Part shown: positions 9,820 to 18,679 of the stretch, one piece after another | Position numbering within the stretch: position 1 is the stretch's first letter | Layout: each line of letters starts with the position of its first letter | Source: Minisyncoccota bacterium | GTDB taxonomy: Bacteria > Patescibacteriota > Minisyncoccia > UBA6257 > GWB1-50-10 | Direction of reading: 5' to 3' | DNA: 64,000 nucleotides | Assembly: GCA_041917695.1 (NCBI GenBank) | Contig: JAYRXE010000037.1 | Location: forward strand, 222,905-286,904 | Notes under the pieces: generated by a model | What the model saw: the letters and a program-made list of their open reading frames with translations, nothing else | Databases searched by the model: none | What the model was told of the DNA's origin: nothing | Made by a program: the position numbers and the translations under genes

Positions 9820-12078
9820 ATGAATCGAAAGAGATTCCGGCAGATCGTCGTTTTTCCCGTATCCGCGTTCGCGCTCTTCCTTATCGGCGCGAGCCTTGTT
9901 TTTGCATTTAACGGCCCGACTAACTCTCCCGGGGTGGGGAGCGGAGCGTTCACGATAGACGGCAACGGCAACGTCGGCATCGGCAGTGCGACGTCTACCC
10001 CAACCACGGGCAGTTTTGGAGCGGTCTTCGGCGTCTCTTCAACGACGAATCCGGCATTTTATTTGAAGAATCCCGGCGGCAGGGGATTCGTGCTGTATTC
10101 GAACACCGCTTCGACGAGTTTCGCCATTTTTGACGAGACGGCGGGAGCAGACCGACTTTTCATAAATTCCTCCGGCAACGTCATCGTTCCCGGCAATATT
10201 ACCGCGACGGCTTTTGTCGGAACGCTTTCGGGAGACGTCTCCGCGGCGAACGTCACTTCGGCCGTCTTTGGGTCGCTTCAAGGCAATGGCGCATTCGCTT
10301 TTCCCGGTTCGCTCGGTATCGCAACCTCGTCAAAGACGGGTCTTCCGCAGGAACTTTCCGTGTACGGCACGGGATATATCCGCGACGGCCTGGGCGTCGG
10401 CATCGCAAGCCCCACGAGCAAAGTACACGTCTATTCGACCTCAACCGCTTTCGACGCGCTTCTTGAGACCTCCGGAGGCATGAAGACGGCCGTTGGCATT
10501 GACACGACCGGCGGTTACGCGGGAACCACCTCGAACCATCCGTTCCGCCTTTTTTCGAATAACGCCGAAAAATTGCGGGTGGCGACCTCCGGCAACGTGG
10601 GTATCGGAACGACGACCCCCGCCTACGCGCTCTCCGTTTCGGGAGAGATATACGCGACTGGTTCTTCGACTGCCGCCGCCTTTTGTCTTTCCGGTTCGTG
10701 CCAGACTTCTTGGACGGGCATGGGCCAGTGGACGAGCGTCACGGGCGGCATCTACTACATGGCGAACGTTTCCGTAGGCACTTCGACGGCAACCGCCTAT
10801 CCGCTTTTGGTTTCCACCTCGACCGATTCGCTTTTTGCGATCCGCCGTGCGGGTTCCACGTATCCGACCATCTTCAAACAGGGGACCGACGGCGTCCTCG
10901 TCGTGAATAATGCCAACCTCGATACATTAACCCTTAAGGACGGTTCGGTCGGTATCGGCGTTACGAGTCCCGGACAGAAGCTTGCAGTCGCTTCCTCAAG
11001 CGGCATCAGCGTCGACGTGACGGGCGGGCGTATCGTGAATCTCGGTGCCCCGTCTTCGGGAAGCGATGCCGCGACGAAGACCTATGTCGACAACGCCGTC
11101 GTGGGCGCGGTGAATTATTTCGCGCTTTCCGGCACGAATCTGTATCCGACCTCGACGACGTACGATCTCGGCGTGGGAACGACGACGCCGAGTTACAAGA
11201 TAGACGCGGTGGGAGATGTGAACGCGAGCGGAGCCTACCGTATCGCGGGCGCATCCGCCCTTGAAATCACGGGCGGACAGCTCCGTGTCGGAACGTCCTC
11301 GGCCATCACGTCGCTTGCACTTCACACGGGAGGCACCCAGCGGTTGGTAATCAATTCGTCGGGGCAAGTCGGCATCGCCTCATCGTCGCCGGGGTACGGT
11401 CTCGTCGTCGAAGGCACCTCTTATTTCTCCCAGCCGGTTTTCGTCGGTACGCCGACGAACCCCAGCCACGCGGCGACAAAGACCTACGTTGATTCGCTTT
11501 TTGTGGACGGAAGCTTCACGACGCTTACGGTTTCGGCGACAACGACGCTGAACGGTACGACTACGGTAAACGGAAACTGGAACTTGGCGGGTGCCGCGCT
11601 CGGAAACATAAATTTGAACAGCAATAACATCGTGGGCGTGAACAAGCTCACTGTTTCGACAATCGACCCGGTGTATGAGATCGCGGGGCGGAAATACGCC
11701 ACGTACGTCTCCGACACCATCGGCTTGAAGATGGAGGCCTATGGCAAGGGCCGCCTCGCTCCCGCGCACGGTTCCTATGAATACTCACTCGATTTCGCGA
11801 ATGCCCGCGAAGGCAGCGAATTGTGGCTTTTCTGGCAAACCGCAAAGGAAGGCGCGGATATGGAAGACATCGTGCTTACACTCACCGCAGAAGGCGGTAA
11901 AAGCCCGTTGTGGTATGAGCTTCGCCCTGCAGAAAAACGGATTGTCGTGAAGGGCGACGCGCCGGTCGCGTTTTCGTACCATATCGTGGCGCCCCGCCAT
12001 GACGCGGGCGAGTGGCCGACCGTCATAACGCCGGAGCATGACGACGGGAGTCGTCCGACCAGGCTGAAACTCCGCTAG
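9820..12078 (+). CDS. Large secreted tail-fibre-like repeat protein (fibre 2)
   Basis: Signal peptide; many GNVGIGT.TP and DAATKTYVD repeats; C-terminal IDPVY.I.G..YATY domain as in fibre 1. Confidence 0.75.
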   Translation: MNRKRFRQIVVFPVSAFALFLIGASLVFAFNGPTNSPGVGSGAFTIDGNGNVGIGSATSTPTTGSFGAVFGVSSTTNPAFYLKNPGGRGFVLYSNTASTSFAIFDETAGADRLFINSSGNVIVPGNITATAFVGTLSGDVSAANVTSAVFGSLQGNGAFAFPGSLGIATSSKTGLPQELSVYGTGYIRDGLGVGIASPTSKVHVYSTSTAFDALLETSGGMKTAVGIDTTGGYAGTTSNHPFRLFSNNAEKLRVATSGNVGIGTTTPAYALSVSGEIYATGSSTAAAFCLSGSCQTSWTGMGQWTSVTGGIYYMANVSVGTSTATAYPLLVSTSTDSLFAIRRAGSTYPTIFKQGTDGVLVVNNANLDTLTLKDGSVGIGVTSPGQKLAVASSSGISVDVTGGRIVNLGAPSSGSDAATKTYVDNAVVGAVNYFALSGTNLYPTSTTYDLGVGTTTPSYKIDAVGDVNASGAYRIAGASALEITGGQLRVGTSSAITSLALHTGGTQRLVINSSGQVGIASSSPGYGLVVEGTSYFSQPVFVGTPTNPSHAATKTYVDSLFVDGSFTTLTVSATTTLNGTTTVNGNWNLAGAALGNINLNSNNIVGVNKLTVSTIDPVYEIAGRKYATYVSDTIGLKMEAYGKGRLAPAHGSYEYSLDFANAREGSELWLFWQTAKEGADMEDIVLTLTAEGGKSPLWYELRPAEKRIVVKGDAPVAFSYHIVAPRHDAGEWPTVITPEHDDGSRPTRLKLR

Positions 12079-12104
12079 TCGTTTGCTATAATTATTCTGA
12101 ACTC

Positions 12105-12710
12105 ATGACGAAACAGCAGAAGATAATCTTTTCCGTTTCCGCGGGCGTTGTCGTCCTCGCCATCATCGGGTATTTGGCGTACACGGGAAACTACAAAGAC
12201 CTGCTTGATTACAAGGGCCAGCAGGGAACCGAGACGCAGGTGCGTCTTGATAACGGAGAACTGGTGAACGCGGTCGTGGTTGCGACGGGAACCTCGGCGA
12301 TCACCGAAAGCGGCAAGGTGGTGAATATCGCGACCGGCCAGGTGGCGAACAACAGCGAAGAAGCGGGGAAGCCCGGCGCGCCCCAGCAATCAAACCCCGT
12401 CTCGAAAGAGCAGATTCCTCCGACCGTCATCAAGCTCACGGCATTCATGGGAGGTTTTACGCCGAACACCTTTGATGTCCGCGCGGGAGATCCCGTTTCG
12501 CTTTCGCTTACGGCAGGCGACGATCGCGTATACGTCTTCGCCTTTGACGACGTTTCCCTTTCCGGCGTCCGCGTCGGCGTCGGTCCCGGCATCGACCGCA
12601 CGCGCATCATCGTTTTCAACGCGCCGAGTGCGAAAGGCGAATATACGTTCTATTCCGACGTGCCCGGTCAGCGAAACGCGGGGCTTGTCGGGAAAATGAT
12701 CGTCCGCTAA
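12105..12710 (+). CDS. Membrane-anchored cupredoxin-fold protein with all four type-1 Cu ligands substituted
   Basis: FTPNTFDVRAG.PV.L, GEYTFYSDVPGQRNAGLVGKMIV (canonical YCxVPGHxxAGMxGxL). Confidence 0.75.
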   Translation: MTKQQKIIFSVSAGVVVLAIIGYLAYTGNYKDLLDYKGQQGTETQVRLDNGELVNAVVVATGTSAITESGKVVNIATGQVANNSEEAGKPGAPQQSNPVSKEQIPPTVIKLTAFMGGFTPNTFDVRAGDPVSLSLTAGDDRVYVFAFDDVSLSGVRVGVGPGIDRTRIIVFNAPSAKGEYTFYSDVPGQRNAGLVGKMIVR

Positions 12711-12717
12711 CCCCTGC

Positions 12718-12743
12718 AAAGCCCTTCGGGGCTTTTTTGTTTT
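12718..12743 (+). terminator. Intrinsic terminator
   Basis: AAAGCCC-TTCG-GGGCTTT followed by T-tract. Confidence 0.8.
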
Positions 12744-12758
12744 CGGTATACTGTACCT

Positions 12759-14090
12759 ATGAGGAAATTGTTCCATCTTTCGAGACGCGCCGCACGGCAC
12801 GCCTTTCGTTTCCTTACCTCGCCCGGTTTTATCGTCTTTCTCGGGATTTCATTCCTCATCCTGGTATTCCTTTTCGGGGGACGGAATCTCATCCGTTCCT
12901 GGACGCGCGCTTTCTTCGCCGAGCGCGGATTCCAGAATCTTGAGCGCCTCGCTCCCTCGGTTGCGACCCGCGAGAACGGGGAGAATTTGCTCGCTTCGAG
13001 CTTCTCCGACCTTTTTTCGGGAACCGGCTGGATAGATTCCGAAAAGACGAATCTCTACCGTGACAATCGTGCGGAGGCGGTCCTGTGGGAACCGGCTTTT
13101 TCCTGGAACCTTTCGGGCGCAAAAACCGAATCTTTGACTTCAAAAGAGTGCATCGGGAATCGCTGCGCCGAAATCTCGGGAGGGAACCTTGTGTTGTACG
13201 GTGCACGCGTCGTTTTGCCCCGCGCGCTGGAATACGACAGCCGGAAGCTTGCTCTCCACGCAATGCGGGATGCGTGGCTTGTGGGCGGAGTCGTCGAAGA
13301 AAAAGGCGAGTGGAAAGGGTATCTATATTCCTTCGACGGCAGGGAATTTACGCCGCTGTGCGGCGGAGCCGTCTTTACCTCGCAGTACGAGGCTTCGCCG
13401 GGTCTCGGCGGTGACGATGCGCGCGCCCTTTTCCTCTACGGAGCGTACGAGGGGAAGGCGATTGAGGTTTGGCAGAACAGGTGCGAGGACGTTTCGCGGC
13501 TCTTTGGCATACGCCTTATGGACGAAGGGTTTGACCCGGTCATCATCCGTCCCGAGGGAACGGATTGGTTCGTATTTTCCCGCAACGGCTCAAAACGGGT
13601 TTTCATAAAAGCCTTTCCGGATTCGGCGACCGGCGCCATTGCCGGCACTATCGATCTCGGCGCGTATCTTCGCCGGGAAGGTATGAACGGCATTGCGTTT
13701 CGAGGCGTGCGCGGACAGGATGGCGCGCTTGCGGTTTCGCTTCTTGTGGAAGACGGAAAAGAAGAGAGCGGGTTTTGGATTGACCGGGGCTTTAGCGCCG
13801 CGAATCGCGGGACTATAGCGTCGCGCAATTTGAATACCTATCCGGGAAGCCTTACGCGCCGCGCAACGATTGTTTCAGCCGATTTGTATCCCGGGAGCAC
13901 GTCGCCGGAATTGTATCTCTCGAATAATGGAAGGGATTGGACGCCTGCGCGAATCGGCGAGGAAGTGGTTTTTAAGGATAAAAACGGCAAAGAGCTCTAT
14001 TGGAAGGCTGATTTTCCGAAAGGCTCGGGAGATGTGAGCCCTTACCTGAAGCGTATTCGGGTGGACTTCAAGGTGCTCCAAAACCCCTAA
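12759..14090 (+). CDS. Hypothetical membrane-anchored exported protein
   Basis: 443-aa ORF, N-terminal TM, beta-rich; -10-like TATACT 6 nt before ATG. Confidence 0.7.
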   Translation: MRKLFHLSRRAARHAFRFLTSPGFIVFLGISFLILVFLFGGRNLIRSWTRAFFAERGFQNLERLAPSVATRENGENLLASSFSDLFSGTGWIDSEKTNLYRDNRAEAVLWEPAFSWNLSGAKTESLTSKECIGNRCAEISGGNLVLYGARVVLPRALEYDSRKLALHAMRDAWLVGGVVEEKGEWKGYLYSFDGREFTPLCGGAVFTSQYEASPGLGGDDARALFLYGAYEGKAIEVWQNRCEDVSRLFGIRLMDEGFDPVIIRPEGTDWFVFSRNGSKRVFIKAFPDSATGAIAGTIDLGAYLRREGMNGIAFRGVRGQDGALAVSLLVEDGKEESGFWIDRGFSAANRGTIASRNLNTYPGSLTRRATIVSADLYPGSTSPELYLSNNGRDWTPARIGEEVVFKDKNGKELYWKADFPKGSGDVSPYLKRIRVDFKVLQNP

Positions 14091-14148
14091 AGGCAGCTGG
14101 CTTATGCACAGTTGGCGTGGGGCCGGAAGTGTGATAGACTTTTCCTAC

Positions 14149-14190
14149 AAACAAAAAACGAGCGTGTGAGGCGCCCGTTTTTTGTTTTAT
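14149..14190. terminator. Bidirectional terminator-like hairpin between convergent genes
   Basis: AAACAAAAAACG...CGTTTTTTGTTT inverted repeat. Confidence 0.65.
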
Positions 14191-14267
14191 TTTTCCGAAT
14201 TTGATTCAACCTCCAATTTTTTAAAAAGATATAGTAATAATTTTGGAAATGATTCTCCGCATTTCGT

Positions 14268-14867
14268 CTAAATGCGCCTCTCGATCGCTCCTTTCAACGT
14301 CTCGCTGTCGGCAAATTCAACCGTGCCACCGGTGGGAAGGCCGCGCCCGAGGCGGGTGATTTTCGGCACAACGCCCTGGAGGCCGAGCTTTAACGTATCG
14401 GCGAGTGTGTCTCCAAACGTGTTTTGCGGAAGGGCGATGATGATTTCCCGGATAACCCGTTTTTTCTCCGTTATAGCCGCCTTAAACGCCTTCAGACGGT
14501 TCTTTTGCACGTCGGTGAGGATTCCGTTATGCGGAGCGTCACCCACGACCAGATAGAGGCCTTTATAGGCGCGGGACTCCTCCATAGCCTCTATATCAGT
14601 CTCCTTTTCAACCACGGCGACGAGGCCCGGGTCGCGGGACTTATCCGTGCAGATGGAGCAAAATTCCTGCGTTTTCGGTTTCAGGCCGAAGCAGTAGGGG
14701 CAGGGATTCACTTCGCCGAGCGAAAGGAATGCCTCGTGGAATTCCTTGAATTCTGCAGGGCTGAGGGTCGCGATATGCAAGCCGATGCGTGCGGCAAGGC
14801 GCGGGCCGACCGAGGGAAGTTTGGAGAATTTCTGGACGAATTTTCTGATTGAGGATGGCAGCATCAA
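14268..14867 (-). CDS. recR: Recombination protein RecR
   Basis: LPSVGPRLAAR HhH, CPYC..CSIC zinc finger, TOPRIM VVEK..D, RLGRGLPTGG.VEFAD..TL..A. Confidence 0.92.
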   Translation of the reverse strand: MMLPSSIRKFVQKFSKLPSVGPRLAARIGLHIATLSPAEFKEFHEAFLSLGEVNPCPYCFGLKPKTQEFCSICTDKSRDPGLVAVVEKETDIEAMEESRAYKGLYLVVGDAPHNGILTDVQKNRLKAFKAAITEKKRVIREIIIALPQNTFGDTLADTLKLGLQGVVPKITRLGRGLPTGGTVEFADSETLKGAIERRI

Positions 14868-16204
14868 TATTCGCTCGTATGGTGTTTGTCGATATTGTGG
14901 AAGCTCACGAGTTCGCCGTCGAAGCGGAGCTTCACGGTGCCCAAGGGGCCGTTGCGGTGTTTCGCGATGATGATCTCGGCGACGTTCTGTTCCTCGGGCG
15001 GAAGGTCAACGCGTTCGCGGTCTTTGCGATAAATGAAAAGCACGACGTCCGCATCCTGTTCGAGGGAGCCGGATTCGCGCAGGTCCGAAAGGCGGGGAAT
15101 CTTAATATCGCGCTTGTCGACGTCGCGGGAGAGCTGGGAGAGGGCGAGGACGGGAATATCGAGCTCGCGGGCGAGCGCCTTCAATCCGCGGGAAACTTCC
15201 GTAACCTGCTGGACCATGTTGTCGCTGTTCGTGCGCGGGGCGGCAAGCTGAAGGTAGTCGATGACGACGAGATCGAGATTTCCCTGTTCAAGCTGGAGAC
15301 GGCGCGCGGCGGAGCGCATTTGAAGCACAGTCGGTGACGGCGTGTCGTCGATGAAGACTTTCACGTTCGCCAGCTTGTCGTACGCTTCGTTGATGAGCAT
15401 GATTTCCTGCTCGGAAAGCTTTCCCGTGCGGAGGCGCCAGAGGGGAATCTTCGCCTCGCTTGCGATGAAGCGGTCGACGATCTGCTCGCGGCTCATTTCG
15501 ATGGAGAAAATGGCGACGGAACCGCCGTTCATGGCGACGTTCCGCGCGATATCGAGCGCGAGCGCCGTCTTACCGTACGACGGGCGTGCGCCGAGGATAA
15601 TAAGGTCTGAACGCTGAAGTCCCGAGAGGATGTTGTCGAGGCCTTCATAGTAGGTCGGCGTGCCGCGCAACGCGTCCCCGCGCTGGAGCCGTTCGATGCG
15701 CTCATGGGCCTTTGCAAGCTCGCTTTTGATGTGCACGAAGCGCTGGGGTCGGGAGCGTTCGGAAATTGAAAAGATGCGCTTCTCGACGGAATCGAGAAGC
15801 TCTTCAAAGTCGGCGTGCTCGAACGCCGTTTCGTTAATTTCGGACGAGGCCTGGATGATGTTCCGCCGAACGCTCTTTTCTTTGACGATATTCGCATAGT
15901 GCTCGACGTGCGCCGCGGTCGGCACTTTGTTGATGAGGTCGGCGAGATATTCCGTTCCGCCCGCCTGCTTCAGCTGCTTCTCCTTCTTCAAGTGCGCGGA
16001 GACCGTCACGATGTCGATGGGTTCGCTCTTTTCAAAGAGCGTCAAAAAAGCCTCGAAGATGAGGGCGTGCGAGGGATGGTAGAAATCTTCGGGCGTGATG
16101 ATGTCGACGATCTTCGCGATGGCGAAGTTGTCGAGCATGCACGATCCGAGGACGGAAACCTCGGCCTCCAGGCTTTGCGGAGGGATTTTTGGGTTTGAAG
16201 GCAT
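14864..16204 (-). CDS. dnaB: Replicative DNA helicase DnaB
   Basis: PPQSLEAE.SVLG, GARPSYGKT, IDYLQL, ALSQLSR, SDLRESGSLEQDAD, KHRNGP. Confidence 0.97.
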   Translation of the reverse strand: MPSNPKIPPQSLEAEVSVLGSCMLDNFAIAKIVDIITPEDFYHPSHALIFEAFLTLFEKSEPIDIVTVSAHLKKEKQLKQAGGTEYLADLINKVPTAAHVEHYANIVKEKSVRRNIIQASSEINETAFEHADFEELLDSVEKRIFSISERSRPQRFVHIKSELAKAHERIERLQRGDALRGTPTYYEGLDNILSGLQRSDLIILGARPSYGKTALALDIARNVAMNGGSVAIFSIEMSREQIVDRFIASEAKIPLWRLRTGKLSEQEIMLINEAYDKLANVKVFIDDTPSPTVLQMRSAARRLQLEQGNLDLVVIDYLQLAAPRTNSDNMVQQVTEVSRGLKALARELDIPVLALSQLSRDVDKRDIKIPRLSDLRESGSLEQDADVVLFIYRKDRERVDLPPEEQNVAEIIIAKHRNGPLGTVKLRFDGELVSFHNIDKHHTSEY

Positions 16205-16210
16205 ACGGGT

Positions 16211-17674
16211 TTAAGCGATGAGTTTGCGGACGTGGGCGCCGAGCGGCGTGTCCGATACCTCATATCCTAACCCATGCATTTTTTTTCTCAACGCGTCGGC
16301 CTTAATAAACTGTTTATTGTGCCTGCATAACTCCCGTTCCGACGCCATTTTGAGTATTTTGGCCGGAATTTGAGGTTTTTCGTACCCGATGCCGAGCACT
16401 CCAAGGAGTTCGAGGAGGGCTGCAAGGGCCTTTTCCGCGTCCTTTTTCGCCATAGTAAAGACTGACGGCTGGATGAACCGGATAGTTTCAAAGACGCCCG
16501 CAAGCGCCTCGCCGGCGGAAAAATCATCATCCATCGCGGAAATGAATTTCGCCCGCATCTGAGCCAGTTGGACCTTCACGCGGGAAGGGGAGAGAGTCGC
16601 CTTTTTCGGCGGATTCCCGCTTTGGGAAACAAAGTGAAGCGCGTCAAGAAATGAGTAAAGAGTTTCAAGCGTTTTTTCCGCCTGTTCCTCGGTTTCTTCA
16701 GTGAAATTCATCGGGGAGCGGTAGTGGACGTTCAAAACCGCGAGGCGGAGGGCATTTGCCCGCCGCGCGCGGCGGTGGGCGCCCTTTCCGAGAAAATCTT
16801 CGACCGTCACGAAATTCTTGAGGCTTTTCGACATCTTCTTGCCGTCCACGAGGAGGGAACCCACGTGGAGCCAGTGTTTCACGAACGGCGTTTTTCCCGA
16901 AGCCGCTTCCTGCTGGGCGATTTCCGCTTCATGGTGCGGGAATTTGATATCGACGCCTCCGCCGTGCATTTCGTATTGCGGGCCGAAAAATTTTCCGGTG
17001 ATGGCGGTATCTTCGATGTGCCAGCCGGGACGTCCCCATCCGAGGGGCGTATTCCACGCCGGTTCGCCTTGTACGATGGCGCGGGAAAAAATCCGCGCCT
17101 TTTTCTTCGCCTCCACGAATTTCCAGAGGCAGAAATCCGCTTTATTCCGCTTTTTCACGCTCTCGTCTATTCTCGTAACCGAATCTTCGGCCTCGGCCGC
17201 CGTTCGGCGGGAAAGCGCGCCGTAGCGCGGGAATTTTGAAACGTCGAAGTACCAGCCGTCTCCGGGAATCATATAGGCGAACCCTTTTTTGACGAGCGAT
17301 GCTATCTGTTCGGCGATTTCCGGAATGTGCTCCGAAGCGCGGGCGAAAACATCAACCGAGTCCGCGTTCAAGGCGGCCATCATGTCCTTGAATTCCCGCT
17401 CGAATTTCGCGGCGAGTTTTAGCGGGTCAGTTTTGCGCTCCCGCGCCCGCGCGATGATGCGGTCGTCCACGTCGGTTATGTTTTCCAGATAGACGAGCGG
17501 GAAGCCCTTGAAGCGGATATAGCGCGCGATGACGTCGAACGTGAGATACGTCCGTGCGTGGCCGATATGCGCCGAGTCGTAGACAGTCGGACCGCAGACA
17601 AAAAGCCGCGTCGGGCGGGCCTTTGAAAGTTTCAAATCCTCCTTTTTGCCGGAGAGCGTGTTGTAGGCTTTCAC
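16211..17674 (-). CDS. cysS: Cysteine--tRNA ligase
   Basis: CGPTVYD.AHIGHAR, GRPGWHIE, FPHHEAEIAQ, KMSKS; GTG start. Confidence 0.96.
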   Translation of the reverse strand: MKAYNTLSGKKEDLKLSKARPTRLFVCGPTVYDSAHIGHARTYLTFDVIARYIRFKGFPLVYLENITDVDDRIIARARERKTDPLKLAAKFEREFKDMMAALNADSVDVFARASEHIPEIAEQIASLVKKGFAYMIPGDGWYFDVSKFPRYGALSRRTAAEAEDSVTRIDESVKKRNKADFCLWKFVEAKKKARIFSRAIVQGEPAWNTPLGWGRPGWHIEDTAITGKFFGPQYEMHGGGVDIKFPHHEAEIAQQEAASGKTPFVKHWLHVGSLLVDGKKMSKSLKNFVTVEDFLGKGAHRRARRANALRLAVLNVHYRSPMNFTEETEEQAEKTLETLYSFLDALHFVSQSGNPPKKATLSPSRVKVQLAQMRAKFISAMDDDFSAGEALAGVFETIRFIQPSVFTMAKKDAEKALAALLELLGVLGIGYEKPQIPAKILKMASERELCRHNKQFIKADALRKKMHGLGYEVSDTPLGAHVRKLIA

Positions 17675-17678
17675 GAAT

Positions 17679-18623
17679 TTATGGGCTCCAGTTCAAAATG
17701 ATGCTCGTAATCTCGGGTGTCTCCTGGGTGAGCGTGCTTTGGAGCTTCACCTTGTAGCGGAGATACCGGTAATTCACAAAATCGTTCTTGTTTACGCAGA
17801 TGGCCTTGTTCGGCTGGGCACATCCGACGCCGCCCGAGGGGGAAGTGTCGCAGGCCGCGCCGTAGTAATCGCTTGAATTTCCCGACGGTCCTTTATAGCT
17901 CCAGGGCCCCGTGTCGCTGTTTGAAGCCGCTATCTGGAATGATACGCACGATTCGGCGCCGGGGGAAGTTCCTTGCCAGACGACGGCGTTCAAAAGGCTG
18001 CCTTCGGTTTTCTGCGTATCGAACACGGACGATTCGAGATAACCGACGGAGCTCGTGGCGCGCCAGTCGGTCACCACCTTATAGTTCGACGTTCCGCATC
18101 CCGAATAGTTTGAGCAGTTGAAACTGATCCAGCCGACGACGTCGTTCCACGCATATCCGCTGAAGTTTCCGTTCGAGTCCACTTGCACCTTGTAATTCGA
18201 CGTGCCGCATATGGACAGGTCGGAACAGTTGAAACTGATCCAGCCGATTTGGTCGTTCCATGCCCAGCCGGAGAGGATGCCTCCCGCATCCGCATTCGGG
18301 CAATTCGCCGACGAGTCCCTCCCGCCGGGGCCGTTGCAAATGCCGTAATAGGCATTCCCCGAGGAGCAGATGTTTCCGTTCGGGCTCGTGGCGCAATCGA
18401 GCGAGACGTGCCCGAACGAGCTCGATGCATAGCCCGTCACTTTCGTATTTTCCACGTTCACCGTGTTCGTGCCGTAGAAATCCCACCAGCCCGTCATATC
18501 TTCCCACGAGTAGCGCTCGCCGGCGTTCGATGAAATGTTCGTCGTCGCGTGCGCCGCATATCCTGCGCCGAGGACGGCTATGCCGGCGACAAAAAGAAAA
18601 ATAATGCGGGACGCGCCTTTCAT
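17679..18623 (-). CDS. Secreted Cys-rich protein with SG(W/Y)AWND..GWISFNC repeats
   Basis: Signal peptide; three related repeats; C-terminal beta-domain with YRYLRYKV.L. Confidence 0.75.
   Translation of the reverse strand: MKGASRIIFLFVAGIAVLGAGYAAHATTNISSNAGERYSWEDMTGWWDFYGTNTVNVENTKVTGYASSSFGHVSLDCATSPNGNICSSGNAYYGICNGPGGRDSSANCPNADAGGILSGWAWNDQIGWISFNCSDLSICGTSNYKVQVDSNGNFSGYAWNDVVGWISFNCSNYSGCGTSNYKVVTDWRATSSVGYLESSVFDTQKTEGSLLNAVVWQGTSPGAESCVSFQIAASNSDTGPWSYKGPSGNSSDYYGAACDTSPSGGVGCAQPNKAICVNKNDFVNYRYLRYKVKLQSTLTQETPEITSIILNWSP
18080..18275 (-). repeat. Intragenic ~111-bp tandem repeat encoding two WAWND..GWISFNC..CGTSNYKV units
   Basis: CAGTTGAAACTGATCCAGCCGA occurs at about 18116 and 18227. 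Confidence 0.75.
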
Positions 18624-18679
18624 GCGATTATTATATCAATAATATCCCTGCTTTCTAAGGAGTATAATGGAACCATCGG

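Noticed and set aside
4831-12078. Prophage tail region or DGR target
   Set aside because: The fibre-like proteins have signal peptides. No terminase, capsid, integrase or reverse transcriptase is in the window, and I saw no TR/VR pair with adenine-specific mismatches.
14102-14267. Replication origin near dnaB
   Set aside because: Only one imperfect DnaA box, no box cluster and no dnaA/dnaN nearby.
18080-18275. Direct repeats as a possible CRISPR array
   Set aside because: In-frame coding repeats with a 111-bp period and similar intervening sequence; no CRISPR array or cas gene seen in the window.
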